64,000 nucleotides of DNA from Anthoceros angustus (taxonomy: Eukaryota > Plantae > Anthocerotophyta): positions 372,001 through 436,000 of the forward strand of contig MU008152.1 in the NCBI GenBank assembly GCA_010909165.1, written 5' to 3'. A model generated the notes under the pieces. It made no database searches. It saw only the letters and a list, made by a program, of their open reading frames with translations, and had not been told where the DNA came from. Shown piece by piece: positions 30,001-42,240 of the stretch. The position numbers were made by a program, and so were the translations under genes. How positions within the stretch are numbered: the stretch's first letter is position 1; every line of letters begins with the position of its first letter.

Positions 30001-31484
30001 TGTGATACAAAAGGTGCGTCATCAATCCTAAAGTGGGTTACGAATCTGCCAGTTCGAACCCGTTTTTTTTTGTCGTATTTGCTACAGTTTCTCCTTCAAT
30101 GTTTTAAGTGGAAGTTGTTGGTTCAGTTTTTTGAGCACGGAACGCCGCAGCAGAGGCGAGAGCTAGGAAACAAGCTGGTTGGCAATGTGTTATCCCTGAG
30201 CCTTCAGATGTATGGATGCCGTGTAATCCAAAAGGTACTACCGAGTTAATACTTGCATCTGTAGACCACAGTAGTTGGATCATAATGACGAATTCATAAT
30301 AGTCTTGGAGTACTTAACCTGGGTGATTTTTTCAGGCTTTGGAGGTGGTGGACGTTGATCAGCAAACCCAACTAGTCACGGAACTTGATGTGCACGTAAT
30401 GAGATGTGTACGCGACCAAAACGGTAATCATGTTATACAGAAATGTATAGAGTGTGTTCCTCCAGACAGGATCCACTTCATTATATCGGCTTTCTACAAT
30501 CAAGTGGTGAACCTTTCCACTCATCCATATGGTTGCCGAGTAATTCAGGTAAATGCTTGTATAGGCAGTTTCCCCTGTTGATCTGCTGCAAATGTCTGTA
30601 TGTGGAGGTTTGCTAGTGAGTGCCCCTTCTGGAGTTGAAATCTTCAGCGTCTGCCTGCTGCAGAGAGTATTGGAGCACTGCACAGATGAGCAGAAGCAGC
30701 GTGGCATTATGGAAGAGATTCTTCGGGCCACTTGCACCCTTGCGATGGATCAGTATGGCAACTATGTGGTGCAGGTTTGTTACTTTCTGGAAGTTGTTGA
30801 TTATGAGGTGTTTTTTTCAGTGTATTCATCAGTCTTCTTCCTTGTGCAGCACGTGCTAGAACATGGCCGTGGACATGAGCGATCTGAGATCATAACGAAA
30901 CTGGCCGGGCAAATTGTTCAAATGAGTCAACATAAGTTTGCATCAAATGTGATAGAGAAGTGCTTAGAGTTTGGGGGTCCTGCAGAGCGCCAGATCTTGA
31001 TAAATGAGATGCTTGGTCACACGGATGAAAACGAGCCTCTGCAGGTACTTCTGAACATTATGAAAGATGTGCATAACCAATTTTTTGAGTTTCTAAGAGC
31101 TTGGTGGCTATGTTTTTTCGCCTCAGTCTTTTCATGGCCTGTCTTGATGCAGGCAATGATGAAAGACCAGTTTGCGAATTATGTGGTTCAAAAAGTTTTG
31201 GAGACTTGTGATGACCAACAGAGAGAAATGCTCCTTGCACGCATAAGAGTGCACCTGCATGCGCTGAAGAAGTACACGTATGGAAAGCACATAGTAGCCC
31301 GGGTTGAGAAGCTTGTGGCTGCAGGAGGTTTGAAGCTCTCCCATTCCTGATTTCCTTGTTGCATCTTCCTTTCCATTGGTTTTCCGTTGGCTGTAGTTGG
31401 ATCATATGGCCTGAGTGCTGTGGTACTGACTGTGTTGCAGAGAGGAGAAGTGCTACGTACATGGCACACCTGCCAGCTCAGTGA
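27016..31484 (+). CDS. PUM: Pumilio/PUF RNA-binding protein (APUM1-6 class), multi-exon; apparent 1-nt frameshift near the start
   Basis: N-terminus ELGLLL...[15 protein letters not shown] and [22 protein letters not shown]; [11 protein letters not shown]; PUF repeats [51 protein letters not shown]. Last exon 31441-31484 gives ...AAGERR...stop. [10 protein letters not shown] at 27016 is out of frame with ORF 27063. Confidence 0.92.
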
Positions 31485-33374
31485 AGGCTTTGCCAGTAGC
31501 CGTGAGAGCATGGGATGAAAATATCGGGTGTGGCAAGCCATGCACACTTGGCTCGTGCTCTTGGTTGCAAGGTGAGACCTTTTAAGGAGATGGAGGCTTC
31601 AAGGCAAATCTTTGGCCGCTGGGGATTTTCCTATGTAAGTAATGGTGGTGGCTTGTTGCCTTTCCAGCAGTATATAGTGTTTGTGTAATATTCTACTCAT
31701 TTGCATGCGATGACGGCGCAAATTTGTGTCCAAACGGCTGGAGGAGAGTGATAATGCAGCTTGTACCGGGATGTATCTTTTGTAGCCCGTCCTTGGTTTG
31801 TGTATTTAGAGGCTCTTCTGAGACAGCCTGTACTAGACGATTTATTGGTTTTCCAGTCACAGTGACCCATTGATTGCCAGGAGGGTCCATCTAGTAGAGA
31901 ACAGCTGGTGGTGGAGCATCTTATCTTCAAATTGCTGGAATCAGGTGTAGGGACTGGGCAGTGTAAAAAGTGAGGGTCTATAGTGTCCAACTGTACAGAC
32001 TCACTCATGTAGGTCGAATTTCAACATCTTGGAATGGTGGCTAAGCTAGAGTGCTACTCTGAGGGGAGGCGACTTCAGGCTTAGCCGGGCAATTGTGTCA
32101 TGGGCCTTCGTGCTGTACATATGGTCCATCTAATAGTGTGGGCTGATGGGCAGTGTATGCTCTGCCCATTGTGATGTGGTCTACAGAGCCAGCCACAAAT
32201 TTTGTTTGCTGTTGCTTTTTTTCTTTCTAGGTTTTCTGTTCAGTTATGATGGTCTTTTCAGAGTAAAGTTATGTTTCAAGCCCCTTAGTGAGATTATGCA
32301 GCCTAGTTGTGTAAATCAGCGTTGTTGATCTGTGTGGATTATTCTCATCAAATCGGTGATCCGGGACTGTAGGAGGACTCCGTAGCGAAGGATTGTTAAA
32401 CTTAGATATGTCATTTGTGGTGGCAGATTGCCTGTTTAAGCATTACAGCATTATTTTCTCGCGACTTCACTGTTAGTATAATTATTCGCACATTTGGGGG
32501 CTTGAAACGGAATCTCGTTCGTTTCGCCTCGGCTCCCTTGTAGATCACAATTCGTTCTGTCCTGCAATTAGAGGAAGGATTGTCGAGAGAATATGTAATG
32601 ATCACTGACTGCTACGAACTTGAAAAGGTAGCCAAGTGCCTAAGGCCAGTTTCGCATGTGTCCGGCTGCGGTTCAGGAAAAACCGTTTCTATCGAAACCG
32701 ATATGTTCGCACGTGTGTATAAGAGACCACGGGAACCTACTCATGTAGGTTGCAGGTGGCAAATTGCACTTGAGCAAACTTGAGCACATTTTTTGCGATG
32801 GAAAGGCTTGTGCCCTTCCTTGGAGCATGTTCATCGAACGCAATCGAGTACCATTCCATTGCGTAGGACATTTCATCGTGCACCATCTCACCAAGAAGAA
32901 TTGGAGACCGCTGTTCAATTGGTGGTGTTGGAGATCTTGGCGTTACTAGCGCTTCTAAACGATTTGGTAGGCTTCCCATCCCGGATGCTGAAAAGTATCC
33001 AGGAAGGTGAATTCTACATCAAGCCTCGAGCTGAGCTGCAAGGCTTGGTAATGGGCTCGGTGTGGAACAAGGCACGACCGCAAGTGCCGTAACATCTATA
33101 GTCTCCACGCCGGCGGACGCGGGGGAGGGGAGCTCGCAAGAAGGAATGGTTGTGCATCATGCCCTCCAAAAGGTTGGCAGATCAATCCGTCTTGGATCGC
33201 AAAGAGTTGAATAAATTGCGAACCCAGGTGCTAGAAGAAGAAGAAGAAGAATTTTATTTAAGTCCACTAGGACAGATTTCCAGTGTGGGACGAAAATATG
33301 ATAACTACATAAATTACGGTAAAATGGTCTGGACGAATGTAAGGTAAAATTCAAACAAGACAAATAATCTTCAA

Positions 33375-34582
33375 TCAATCAACAGTGTCAATGAAATTGC
33401 GTGAACGAGGGCCAAACACCACCAATTCATCCCCACGAAAGAAAGCCACTTGACCTGCAGCACAAGCTGCTCTGAAAGCGGGTAACTTCTCCTTCTTAGT
33501 CTTCCATTGCAATGGTGTAAGATCCTCATTGATATATAACTGAGTTGTCCGGAACATAGACCTAGTCTTCATAACCTGGAGGCGATCATCCAAAGAGTGA
33601 AAAGTCATAATCAATATGCGCTCCCTACCAAGATTCTTTCCAAGCCGGAAGGCTCGAGGAACGACCACATCGACTTCTAACCTAGTGAGAAACTCCTTTG
33701 CAGCCACAAGTGGTGCAACAATGTCATTATCAAGACCAGACATTCTCAAGTTCAAAGCACGGCGAGCACGATCCGTCGTCTCGGAAACAACTTCCGATAC
33801 TGTGTTGCCACAAGGACAAGAAAGAGTAGGGGGATCATTAATCCCCATGAGATTTTTTCCAGTAAGCTTTTCCAACTATGTAGGTAAAACTTGTTTCGTT
33901 GAAGTGAAATGATTTTCCAAATTTATGGCTTTCTCCGCTATGGTCCGTGAAAAAACTTCATTTTATAACCCTTACTCCACCAACCTTTCTGAGAGTCTTC
34001 CAACCTGATCATCCAAACCCTGTAACTTTTTGGCCATATAAATGTGCATTTCTTCCCTCTGTGCATGAATAAGCTCGAGATTAACCTTCTTGTAACCTTC
34101 CAAACTAAGTGCCAAATCTGCCTTCGACAAGCAACCCACACAAGGAACAGGAATTTCAAGGCATTGACCTGCAAAAGCAATGAATCAAACTTGACTTAGA
34201 AAGACTCCTCAAAATCTTTAGCCCATGAGCTTGCCGATTCAAGATCCTGTTGCAATTTTCTAATGATAACATCATGACTATTAAATCTCTTATCTATAAG
34301 ATCATCCATTACGGAATTGAACTCATCCCCCTCGTCCTCCTGGCCCTCCTCACCCCCCTCGTCCTCCGAGTCCTAGGCCAAAGATTGGTGCTTAGCCAAA
34401 AGAGACTTATATTTTTCCCTTAAGGAAATATTCTCCGCTTCAATATTAAGTACTCTAGTCTCCAATGCAGATACAATGTTGTCTTCATATTTGTCCTCAA
34501 TACTACGTAATCTAGTCTCCAATATTGATACCCTCTTGTCTATATATTTAACTGTTTTACGCTTAGCGACGATAGAAGCCAC
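33375..34582 (-). mobile_element. LINE ORF1 remnant (coiled coil + RRM-like domain + CTD), with stop codons
   Basis: Coiled coil SILETRLRSIEDKYEDNIVSALETRVLNIEAEN, TAG at 34373, then an acidic linker. ORF 33375-33875 has RARRALNLRMSGL...RAFRLGK...RILIMTF...QLYINEDLTP, typical of LINE ORF1p C-termini. No intact ORF2 follows. Confidence 0.7.
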
Positions 34583-35579
34583 AACCTCAAAACATCAACA
34601 AAAATAAAAATAACCGCGACCTCCCCTACACCACGCACCACAATCGCCGCACCAAAAACCTTAAATAATGTCTTCACCGCAACCTCCTCGACCCCATGCT
34701 CACCGCAATATCAACCCCAACGCCCCATGCTCCAGAGCCACATAGGCCGCCACCACAAAGCAAGCCATGAACCCTGGGACATACCCCACCGCACACGGCA
34801 CTGCACCGCTCCACACACCGCACCGCACACTGCACACCGCACCCGCAAGGCACCGCACCGGGTGTTGGCACGGTGAAGAGAAACGCATGCCACACATCGG
34901 CCAGTACCAGGAGGAGCCCATTAGCATCGCTTTCCGGAACCGAAAAAATGTACACCTACCTAAAAATGGCCTAGGCACCGCACACATAGGGATACCCTTC
35001 TGTATGCTTAATAATATGGACATTTATCATGATGGATTGAAAAAAAATGGACAATCATCAGGTTGAAAAAAGATGAGGTGAGTCCATCTACCTTTGAAAA
35101 GCTAACACAAGTGATCCCAAGGATCGGATTGCTCCAAATCTACAATCGCCTATAGCTCCTACAATATCATGACTACTCAAGTTAAAAGACCTACAAACAA
35201 CAGAGGTCAAGGAGATGGCATCACCTATTGTCATTGCCGTCCTAAGGATGGCTCCTACCAGTGCCTGTTGGAGAGTAATGGACATCTATCGTGGAAAGAA
35301 AGTTGTGAAGTAAAAGAGACGAAACCCAACACCATATCTGCAAGCGTGATAGGCTTTAGTGAGGGACTTATAAATTTATTAAAGTCTATCAGCCAACGCC
35401 TTATCAAAGTCTATCAGCCAACGCCCCGTACATTTCTAGGGCGAGCGAAACGGCCCGCTTGCATCTTCGCCCTAAAACTGGCCCGCTGGCATCCCTTTGT
35501 ACTTCCTGATCGTGAGTGCTGGCGCCCAGGAGCCGTGCAACCTCGGCAGCTAATGATGACCTATATACTGCTTGGGTTT

Positions 35580-35661
35580 GTTGTGTACATAACACCGTTC
35601 TAGGGTAGCTGGACACTGGTTGTGTACATAACACTGTTCTAGGGTAGCTGGACACTGGTTG
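35580..35661. repeat. 39-bp tandem repeat, 2 copies
   Basis: gttgtgtacataacac(c/t)gttctagggtagctggacactg at 35580-35618 and 35619-35657. Confidence 0.95.
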
Positions 35662-35747
35662 ATCGACACTCAGGACACCCACTGATACATGAAAACCAAG
35701 GCATTATGCTAAACCATTCATTCGCTCTTCACACTACTGCTAGGTGT

Positions 35748-35906
35748 CATGGCGCCCAAATTCTATCCCCACTAACCTCCCTCAAACATGGCAACCAAAT
35801 TCTATCCCCACTAACCTCCCTCTAACATGGCAACCAAATTGTATCCCCACTAACCTCCCTCTAACATGGCAACCAAATTTTATCCCCACTAACCTCCCAC
35901 TAACCT
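35748..35906. repeat. 39-bp minisatellite, about 4 copies
   Basis: catggcaaccaaattctatccccactaacctccctctaa units start at 35748, 35787, 35826 and 35865. Confidence 0.95.
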
Positions 35907-36376
35907 GACATCTATGCTACCGCGTCCTCCACGGTCATGCTACCATGATTTATGTACAGACTCAAATGTAGGCCTAAAGTCTGGAATTGAGACGGTTGGG
36001 CATTCTGGGTTAAGGAAAATGATGTTGCGACAACCCTGGTGTGTCACAAACATTAGTTCTCGCGCACGGCTCCGGCAGCTGTCGTGGCCACACGTACAGC
36101 AGCTCCCAAACTTTACGCAAGAGATACTCAGCCTGCGGAGACTCTGCGGTGTGCTGTGCGCATCGGGCGCTGCAGTCCTCCTCGCCTTGGGCCTCGTGGG
36201 AGCAGGCCACCTCAAGACCCATCAGTATGTGTATGGTAAGAGGAAGCATGCAGCGATTCCGTTAGGTCTGTCCTACTGTCTCGGCATGTACTAGCCTGGA
36301 CTACGGGCGTGCATTTCCCATGTATCAATTCAATTCAACCTGCGTACCGCAAGAACATGGAGGAGACAGAAATGTT

Positions 36377-36399
36377 AACCCTAAACCCTAAACCCTAAA
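36377..36399. repeat. Short interstitial plant telomeric repeat (CCCTAAA)3
   Basis: aaccctaaaccctaaaccctaaa. Confidence 0.85.
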
Positions 36400-38165
36400 G
36401 GCGATGATACAGCCGGTTTGCCTTGTTGCATAGCACCCAGAGGTCATCGGAAGCGCTCTTCTCGTTCCCATTCGAACAAGCCTATATATGTAGGCTGTTA
36501 TCAAGGGTGAGAAAGTACGACAAAGGCTGTTACCAGCTTTGATGTCGAGCAGAAGGGCCAGAGCGGCATTCAAGGAGAGGTAAGAGAAACTTCCGCAGAA
36601 AAGTGATCACAGAGAACTGCGATTGGATGCGCAGTTTGATGCGTGTGTGGTTGCTGGGCTGGATAGGCTGGTTAACTCAGTGCCGAGGATGTTCGATGAT
36701 AATCGGTGACTTAGGACCACATGGTTAGTAGGGATTGGAGTTGGGCTTCACTTGAGAAACAAATTGATGCAAGCTGGGGCTTGCTAGCAATCTCAGCACC
36801 CTGGAGGTGCAGCGCAGGGCACGATGCAGCAGGCGCAGACTGGATAGAACCAAAATGCTGGATGGACCACATAAGCGGTAGATACGGCGTCATGTTCACA
36901 GGGACAGAGGAGGCTCCACAGTGCTATGGAGCACTGCAGCTTACGCTGTGGGGAATTATGTTGCTCAGGGCCTGCACAGTGAAATGGATTTAGCTGTCCG
37001 ATGCCGGGGCCCGGGAACCAACATTGATTGCGCTACGCTTTTTTATCCTTGTTTGCCGAAGCGGCTAGCGTGACTGATTTCAATTTTCCTTGGGTTGGAA
37101 TTTCAGTGCGAGGAGAGCAAATGCTGTTGAAAAGAAGGCAGACCCAGCAACAGCCCCAGCCCCAGCGCCACCCTCATGACTGGTTGCAGGGGCAAGTTGC
37201 TTGACACCTTATGACTGTGGTACGGGCTTCACACTGCCCTTTCTCCTCCTCCCGTAGCTTATGAAAGTGTGTGGATACCGTCTTTTGTGCATCTACTTCA
37301 ACATAGCTCTGGAGTTTGGCTGTTTAATAGTAGGTTTTCCTGGTTCTCAAGGAATCCTTGTGGACCTGGTTTTAGGAGCACTGAGTTTCAGGGACGCGGC
37401 AGGTGAGAGCAAATCTTGCTAAAAAGAAGGCAATACCAGCCCCAGTCCCATGGCTGGCTTCGGGGGCAAGTTAATTCATACCTTTTCCAGATGTCCCTCT
37501 CCTGGTTGTGTAATAGGAGGTTTTCTCGTTCTCAAGTAATCCTTGTGAGCTTGGTTTCAGGAGCTCTGGAGTCTCCGGGGACAGTGCCGCTGTTCCATAA
37601 TTCGAGTTCGCCCTGTTTCCTGCTCCATCTTGCTCACTGATGTTCTCTAGGTCTGTTCACATCTGTCCTCTGTCCTTGAAAGATATGCGGTTCACGACTG
37701 AAGGAGCCACTGACACATATTTTGTCAAGCGTGGGACTGAGTTCACCTTCCTCGTACCCGCCTGTTCTCTTCGGCTTCACAGATGCTCATATTGAAGGCC
37801 AAGGCGCGGAAGCTTCCTGGATGTGGCGATGCAGCTGCGGAGCAGTGCGAGGAAGGGGGTAGGCACTGGCAGGCCTCTGCCGGAACGTGGGGAGCAGCAA
37901 GCATCCGAGGAAGACACAGTGTCAACCGTTTCGAAAAGCTGAGGTGAGTTTCAAAGAAACAGTCCAGCCTAATCCAGAGCTGCTGCGATATTGAGATGTG
38001 TCCTGTGCTGCAGAAGTACGGATCTGTGCGGCAAACGATGGGAAAGTCTCGCGATGGAGTCCAAGTTCCTCCAGAGTTCCTAACGATGAGAAGGCGGTTC
38101 AGATGGTTTGCAGTGACGTGGTAATATAATACGAATAGACTGGTGAGAGGTTGAGTAGTGACAAA

Positions 38166-40418
38166 ATGAGTGTGCCTGGGTCTCCTGTCTCGTCGTCGGG
38201 GGACGACTTCGAGGCTTTGCTGGAATTTGAGTTGCAACTGATGGGCAACGAGGAAGCAGACGGAGCAGAGGGGGCAGGGGCAGTGGAAGAGGAGTCCGAC
38301 GAGGCAGACGAGGCAGATGAGGCGGGGAACGCAGTGGAGCCTGAAGTCGATATCGGCAATGACTCAGGGCAGGGCAATGACTCAGGACAGGGCAATGATG
38401 AGGATCAGCAGGGGGGGGAGTTGGAGATGGAACGGCAGAGTACCAGTTGCCCTCCTCACCCCGGCTTCATGTGGAATGTTTGCATCCGCTGTGGCAAAGA
38501 AAAGCCCTACTCTACAGGGTCGAGTGTCTCCCTTCGCTACATGCACGAGGTCAGTTGGTTTTCCCTGGCTGCAATGGGTGCAGCAAATGTTGTCATCGTT
38601 GTGGGTTGAGACCATGTGAATGCCGAATTTTAGGGGTTGGAACTGACCACATCAGGAGCTGCACGAATGCGTTATGATGAGCTGGGGAGGTTGAAGGCGA
38701 GCAAGAAGTTGTACCTGGTGCTGGATCTAGACCACACACTCCTCAATTCTGCGAGGTTCGTGGAGGTTACGCCGGAGGAAGAAGCATACCTAGCGACAGC
38801 GTATGCCCAGGATATGTCAGTGGTTACCCAGCCTCCAGGTACGCTTCTGGTGAATTAGGGTGAGCCTTCGCTGTGAATTGCAGAGTTAGGGCTTTGATGT
38901 ACGTGTTTTTGTCCTCCGTCTGACTGGATGGACGGCCGAGTTTTGCCCTCGTTCCTCACTGTGTGCAGCGTGGGGAAAACCAGGGGAAAGTCAGTCCGCG
39001 CTTAAGAACAAAGCCAGTTTGCATAGGCTGGAGCATTTCCAGATGTGGACAAAAATCCGCCCCTTTGTACATAAATTTCTGGAAGAGGCGAGTAAGCTGT
39101 TCGAGATGTACGTTTATACCATGGGAGAGCGAATATATGCACTGGCCATGGCTCGGATACTGGACCCGACTGGACGTTTTTTTGGGGACCGCGTGATTTC
39201 TCAACGGGATAGCACTAAGCGGCACACCAAGGATCTGGACGTTGTCTTGGGGGCAGAGTCAGCCGTAGTCATTCTAGATGACACAGAAAGGGTATGTTAA
39301 GGTGGCCTTGTTCCCTTTTGTTTATTTTTTCTGTCAGGGTAGAGGAGGTTGCCTCATGTCGTGGAAGCTTGAAAGAGTAGTAGTAATCAGCAGTCTTTGT
39401 TTACATGTTGCGTAGGTTTGGCCAAAGCACAGAGCAAATCTGGTTTTGATAGAAAGGTATCACTTTTTCAGCGCCAGCTGCCGGCAGTATGGTGTTCCTT
39501 GTGAATCTCTGTCTCAGAGCCAAAGGGATGAGAGGGAGTTCCAGGGCACTCTGCAAACTGCCCTCGACATCCTTCGGAGTGTCCATGCCGAGTTTTACAA
39601 CGCCAGGATTGAGCAGGTCGGTCGGGAGAGTGTGTTATATCTCGGCCTGTGCTGCTGTTAGTTATGGAGGAGGGCTGATGAATTTTTATGTTACGTGTAG
39701 TGATGAATCCCAATCTCACAAGACTCTTTGTCGTTGCTGCAGGATGCAAACGGAAGACACATGGACGTATTTGGGTCAAGGGACGTGAGACAGGTATATG
39801 TGATTTGTGTTCAAAGCTAGGAGAAAAGGGCCATTCGTTTTGGCTTAGTCCGCTACGCATTGCATGCTATGGCCGTCCTCCTCATGTACAGCCACTTGTG
39901 TGCAGATCCTGGGAGAGGCTCGTAGCAGAATTCTAAAAGACTGTGGCGTAGTTTTTAGCCGCATTATCCCAACAGAATATCCAGAGCCTGAAAATCACCC
40001 TTTCTGGCGGTTAACAGAGGAGCTTGGTGCACAGTGCTTTCTCACGGTGAACGAGCTGACCACCCATGTTGTAGCCTTAGACCGAACAACAGACAAGTCT
40101 CGATGGGCTAGGAGCCACGGGCTTCACCTGGTCCATCCCAGTTGGGTGGAGGCCGCCCAGTATCTGTGGCGGAAGCCGGCAGAGGAAGATTTTCCAGTCG
40201 GACCCTTCGAGCCAGGGGAGAAGATTCTAGCGACAAGCTTCGTGAAGACGGTGGAGGTGGCGGGAGCAGCACGAGCAGTGTATGCGGAGGCGGAGGAGGG
40301 GACGTTACTGGACGTGAGCGATCCCAATGAGGCTAAAAAACGGGCGTTGGAGTCGGAGTCTACGTCGGGCAACGGAGCTGACGGAGAGCAGCCCGTTGGG
40401 AAGAAGCAGAAACTTTAG
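38166..40418 (+). CDS. CPL4: RNA polymerase II CTD phosphatase-like 4 (FCP1-type) with C-terminal BRCT domain, multi-exon
   Basis: MSVPGSPVSSSGDDF, CPPHPGFMWNVCIRCG, KKLYLVLDLDHTLLNS (DxDxT), WTKIRPFVHKFLEEASKLFEMYVYTMGERIYA, DLDVVLGAESAVVILDDT, and BRCT ILKDCGVVFSRIIP...HLVHPSWVEAA. Confidence 0.93.
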
Positions 40419-40727
40419 TAGTAGGCTGTACATTATTTCTTTCTCAACTTGCAACGCTGAAACGCGGGTTGGTGACAAAGAACACCACCCCTTGTGACCT
40501 TCACTATTCGACAGTAGGCCTCTAGACGCTTTCTAATCCCTTTTCGAGGCACGGCGTGAAGCTCGCCAGGGATGTCTCGCCTTCTGCGACAGGGGAGCCA
40601 CCTGTTGGTCGCACGTTCGATAAAGCAGTCTGAGGACAGCCTTGAACCAGTCCGTGAACTTCAAAATTTTTTTCTTCTTCTTGATTCAGGCATGAACAAA
40701 GCGAAGCCATGGAATCTGAAGTGCCCG

Positions 40728-40866
40728 GATAACGTAGTGGTGGGCACCTGGCTGGTGGATATGTATGCAAAATATGGTGAACTGGAAGATGGGAGCCAGG
40801 TTTTTGACAGCTTGGCCACAAAATGTGGTGACATGGAATGCCCTGATTGCTGGGTATGCCTAGCAT
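40728..40866 (+). pseudogene. Isolated PLS-PPR fragment
   Basis: DNVVVGTWLVDMYAKYGELEDGSQVFDSL, then after a frameshift NVVTWNALIAGYA-stop. Confidence 0.7.
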
Positions 40867-40949
40867 GTGGTAGGACAACCGATGAGATGAGAAGAGTTTT
40901 AGTCTCCATGCATCTGCAGGCGCTAACTTTTTGGGTTTTCCTTTCAGAG

Positions 40950-42240
40950 CTGCTGCTGTCGAAGTTCAGAGACGGGCGGAGATTGAGTATGTATCTTATG
41001 CCACTATTTGGACCTGATCACGTGTCAGAATGCCTTTCAGAACCCGACACTCTGCTCGGAGGTCTATGATCATGCTAGGGGGCGAAGGGCTATCAAAGTT
41101 TGTGTACAAAGCGTGGGTGCTGGATGCGAAGCCTGATTCTTCAAAGCTGGCACATGCTGCTACTGCGTTCCTTGTCCCGAAGGTGAGAAACACTGTCAGC
41201 TCATGGTCAGGCAGACGACAGGCAACGTTGATGCTGATAAGAGAGAGCTCTTTTTTCCATCAGTTTACTGGGGAGTCATCATCTGTCTCACTCGTTATTG
41301 CGGGGCCGAGCCTGATTCTTTAGAGCTGGCACATGCTGCTACTGTGTTCCTTGTCCTGAAGTTGAGAAACACTATCAGCCCGTGGTCCGCTACGTTGATG
41401 CCGATAAGGGAGAAAACTTTGTCAATCAGTTTACTGCGGAGTCATCACCTGTTATTGCAGGGCCGAGCACATAAGTGGCTCTTCTCACCAGAGGAAGGAC
41501 AATTGGCAGGTTGCAGCAAGTGCAGAAGCTGGTCGACTCAGACTGGTAGAATTACAAATGTCTCTGTGAAGTCATCACTCTGATTGGCCAAGCTTAATGT
41601 GGATTGTGCTTTTTCTCTCAGGTTTTCCTGGAATTGAAAAACATCCCAGCGACTCCTCCAAGGGGTTAGTAACTGACAACATTTCTCGGTATTGCAGGAT
41701 GATTTTTCTCCACTTGTGAGGATGCTATTGCCCGAAGATTACCGAGATGGAAAAGATGTAGCGAAAGTGATGTCATTTGTTTGAGCAGCCAATGCTTTGC
41801 CCCTCCGAGGCTGACATGTGCATCTGGGCAAATAAACAGTCTTGCCAGCAATAATGGGTGGACAAGCGATGGTGCTTCTAACATCCTCTCTCCTGGGATC
41901 ATTGCTGGTACATGACCATGATGGTTGTGGGGCTTGGAGCCGGGCTTTTGCCAATGTTTGTCCACACTTGTGTTTTGGGTAGGTGAAAAGATGTCAACCT
42001 TCTCCTTCCTGCTGTACCAGATTGCAGAGTGGGATAAAGGAGTGGAAGATCTAGCAAGACGCCAATTTGGCTTGATCGGCAGCGATCGCGTGAAGGTAAT
42101 GTGCTGTACTTCGTGCATCTTCCTTCCCAAGGATCGTGTGTCCCCTCTGCGTGGCGATGGTAGCTGTGGTCTCTGTGGACGTTTTGCAGCTGGAAATTGG
42201 AGATGGGATTGCAGCAGTCAAAGCCATTGAAAGTTATCGC
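40950..42240 (+). pseudogene. METTL13 / eEF1A methyltransferase-like C-terminal fragment, disrupted
   Basis: YKAWVLDAKPDSSKLAHAATAFLVPK; GRAHKWLFSPEEGQ(W)QVAASAEAGRL; TMMVVGLGAGLLPMFVHT (about 41915-41970); EDLARRQFGLIGSDRVK; IGDGIAAVKAI. Contains frameshifts, stops and an internal duplication (41131-41309 / 41310-41467). Confidence 0.7.

Noticed and set aside
35170-35400. LINE ORF2 C-terminal zinc-knuckle remnant (WLLPVPVGE...ERKL...QHHIC)
   Set aside because: The resemblance is too weak, with many stops, to support a feature call.
35436-35462. Helitron 3' end (hairpin then CTAG on the minus strand)
   Set aside because: The hairpin-CTAG spacing is too short and the next base is not T.
35580-35906. 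CRISPR-like appearance of the 39-bp repeats
   Set aside because: The units are head-to-tail with no unique spacers, there are no cas genes, and the context is eukaryotic.
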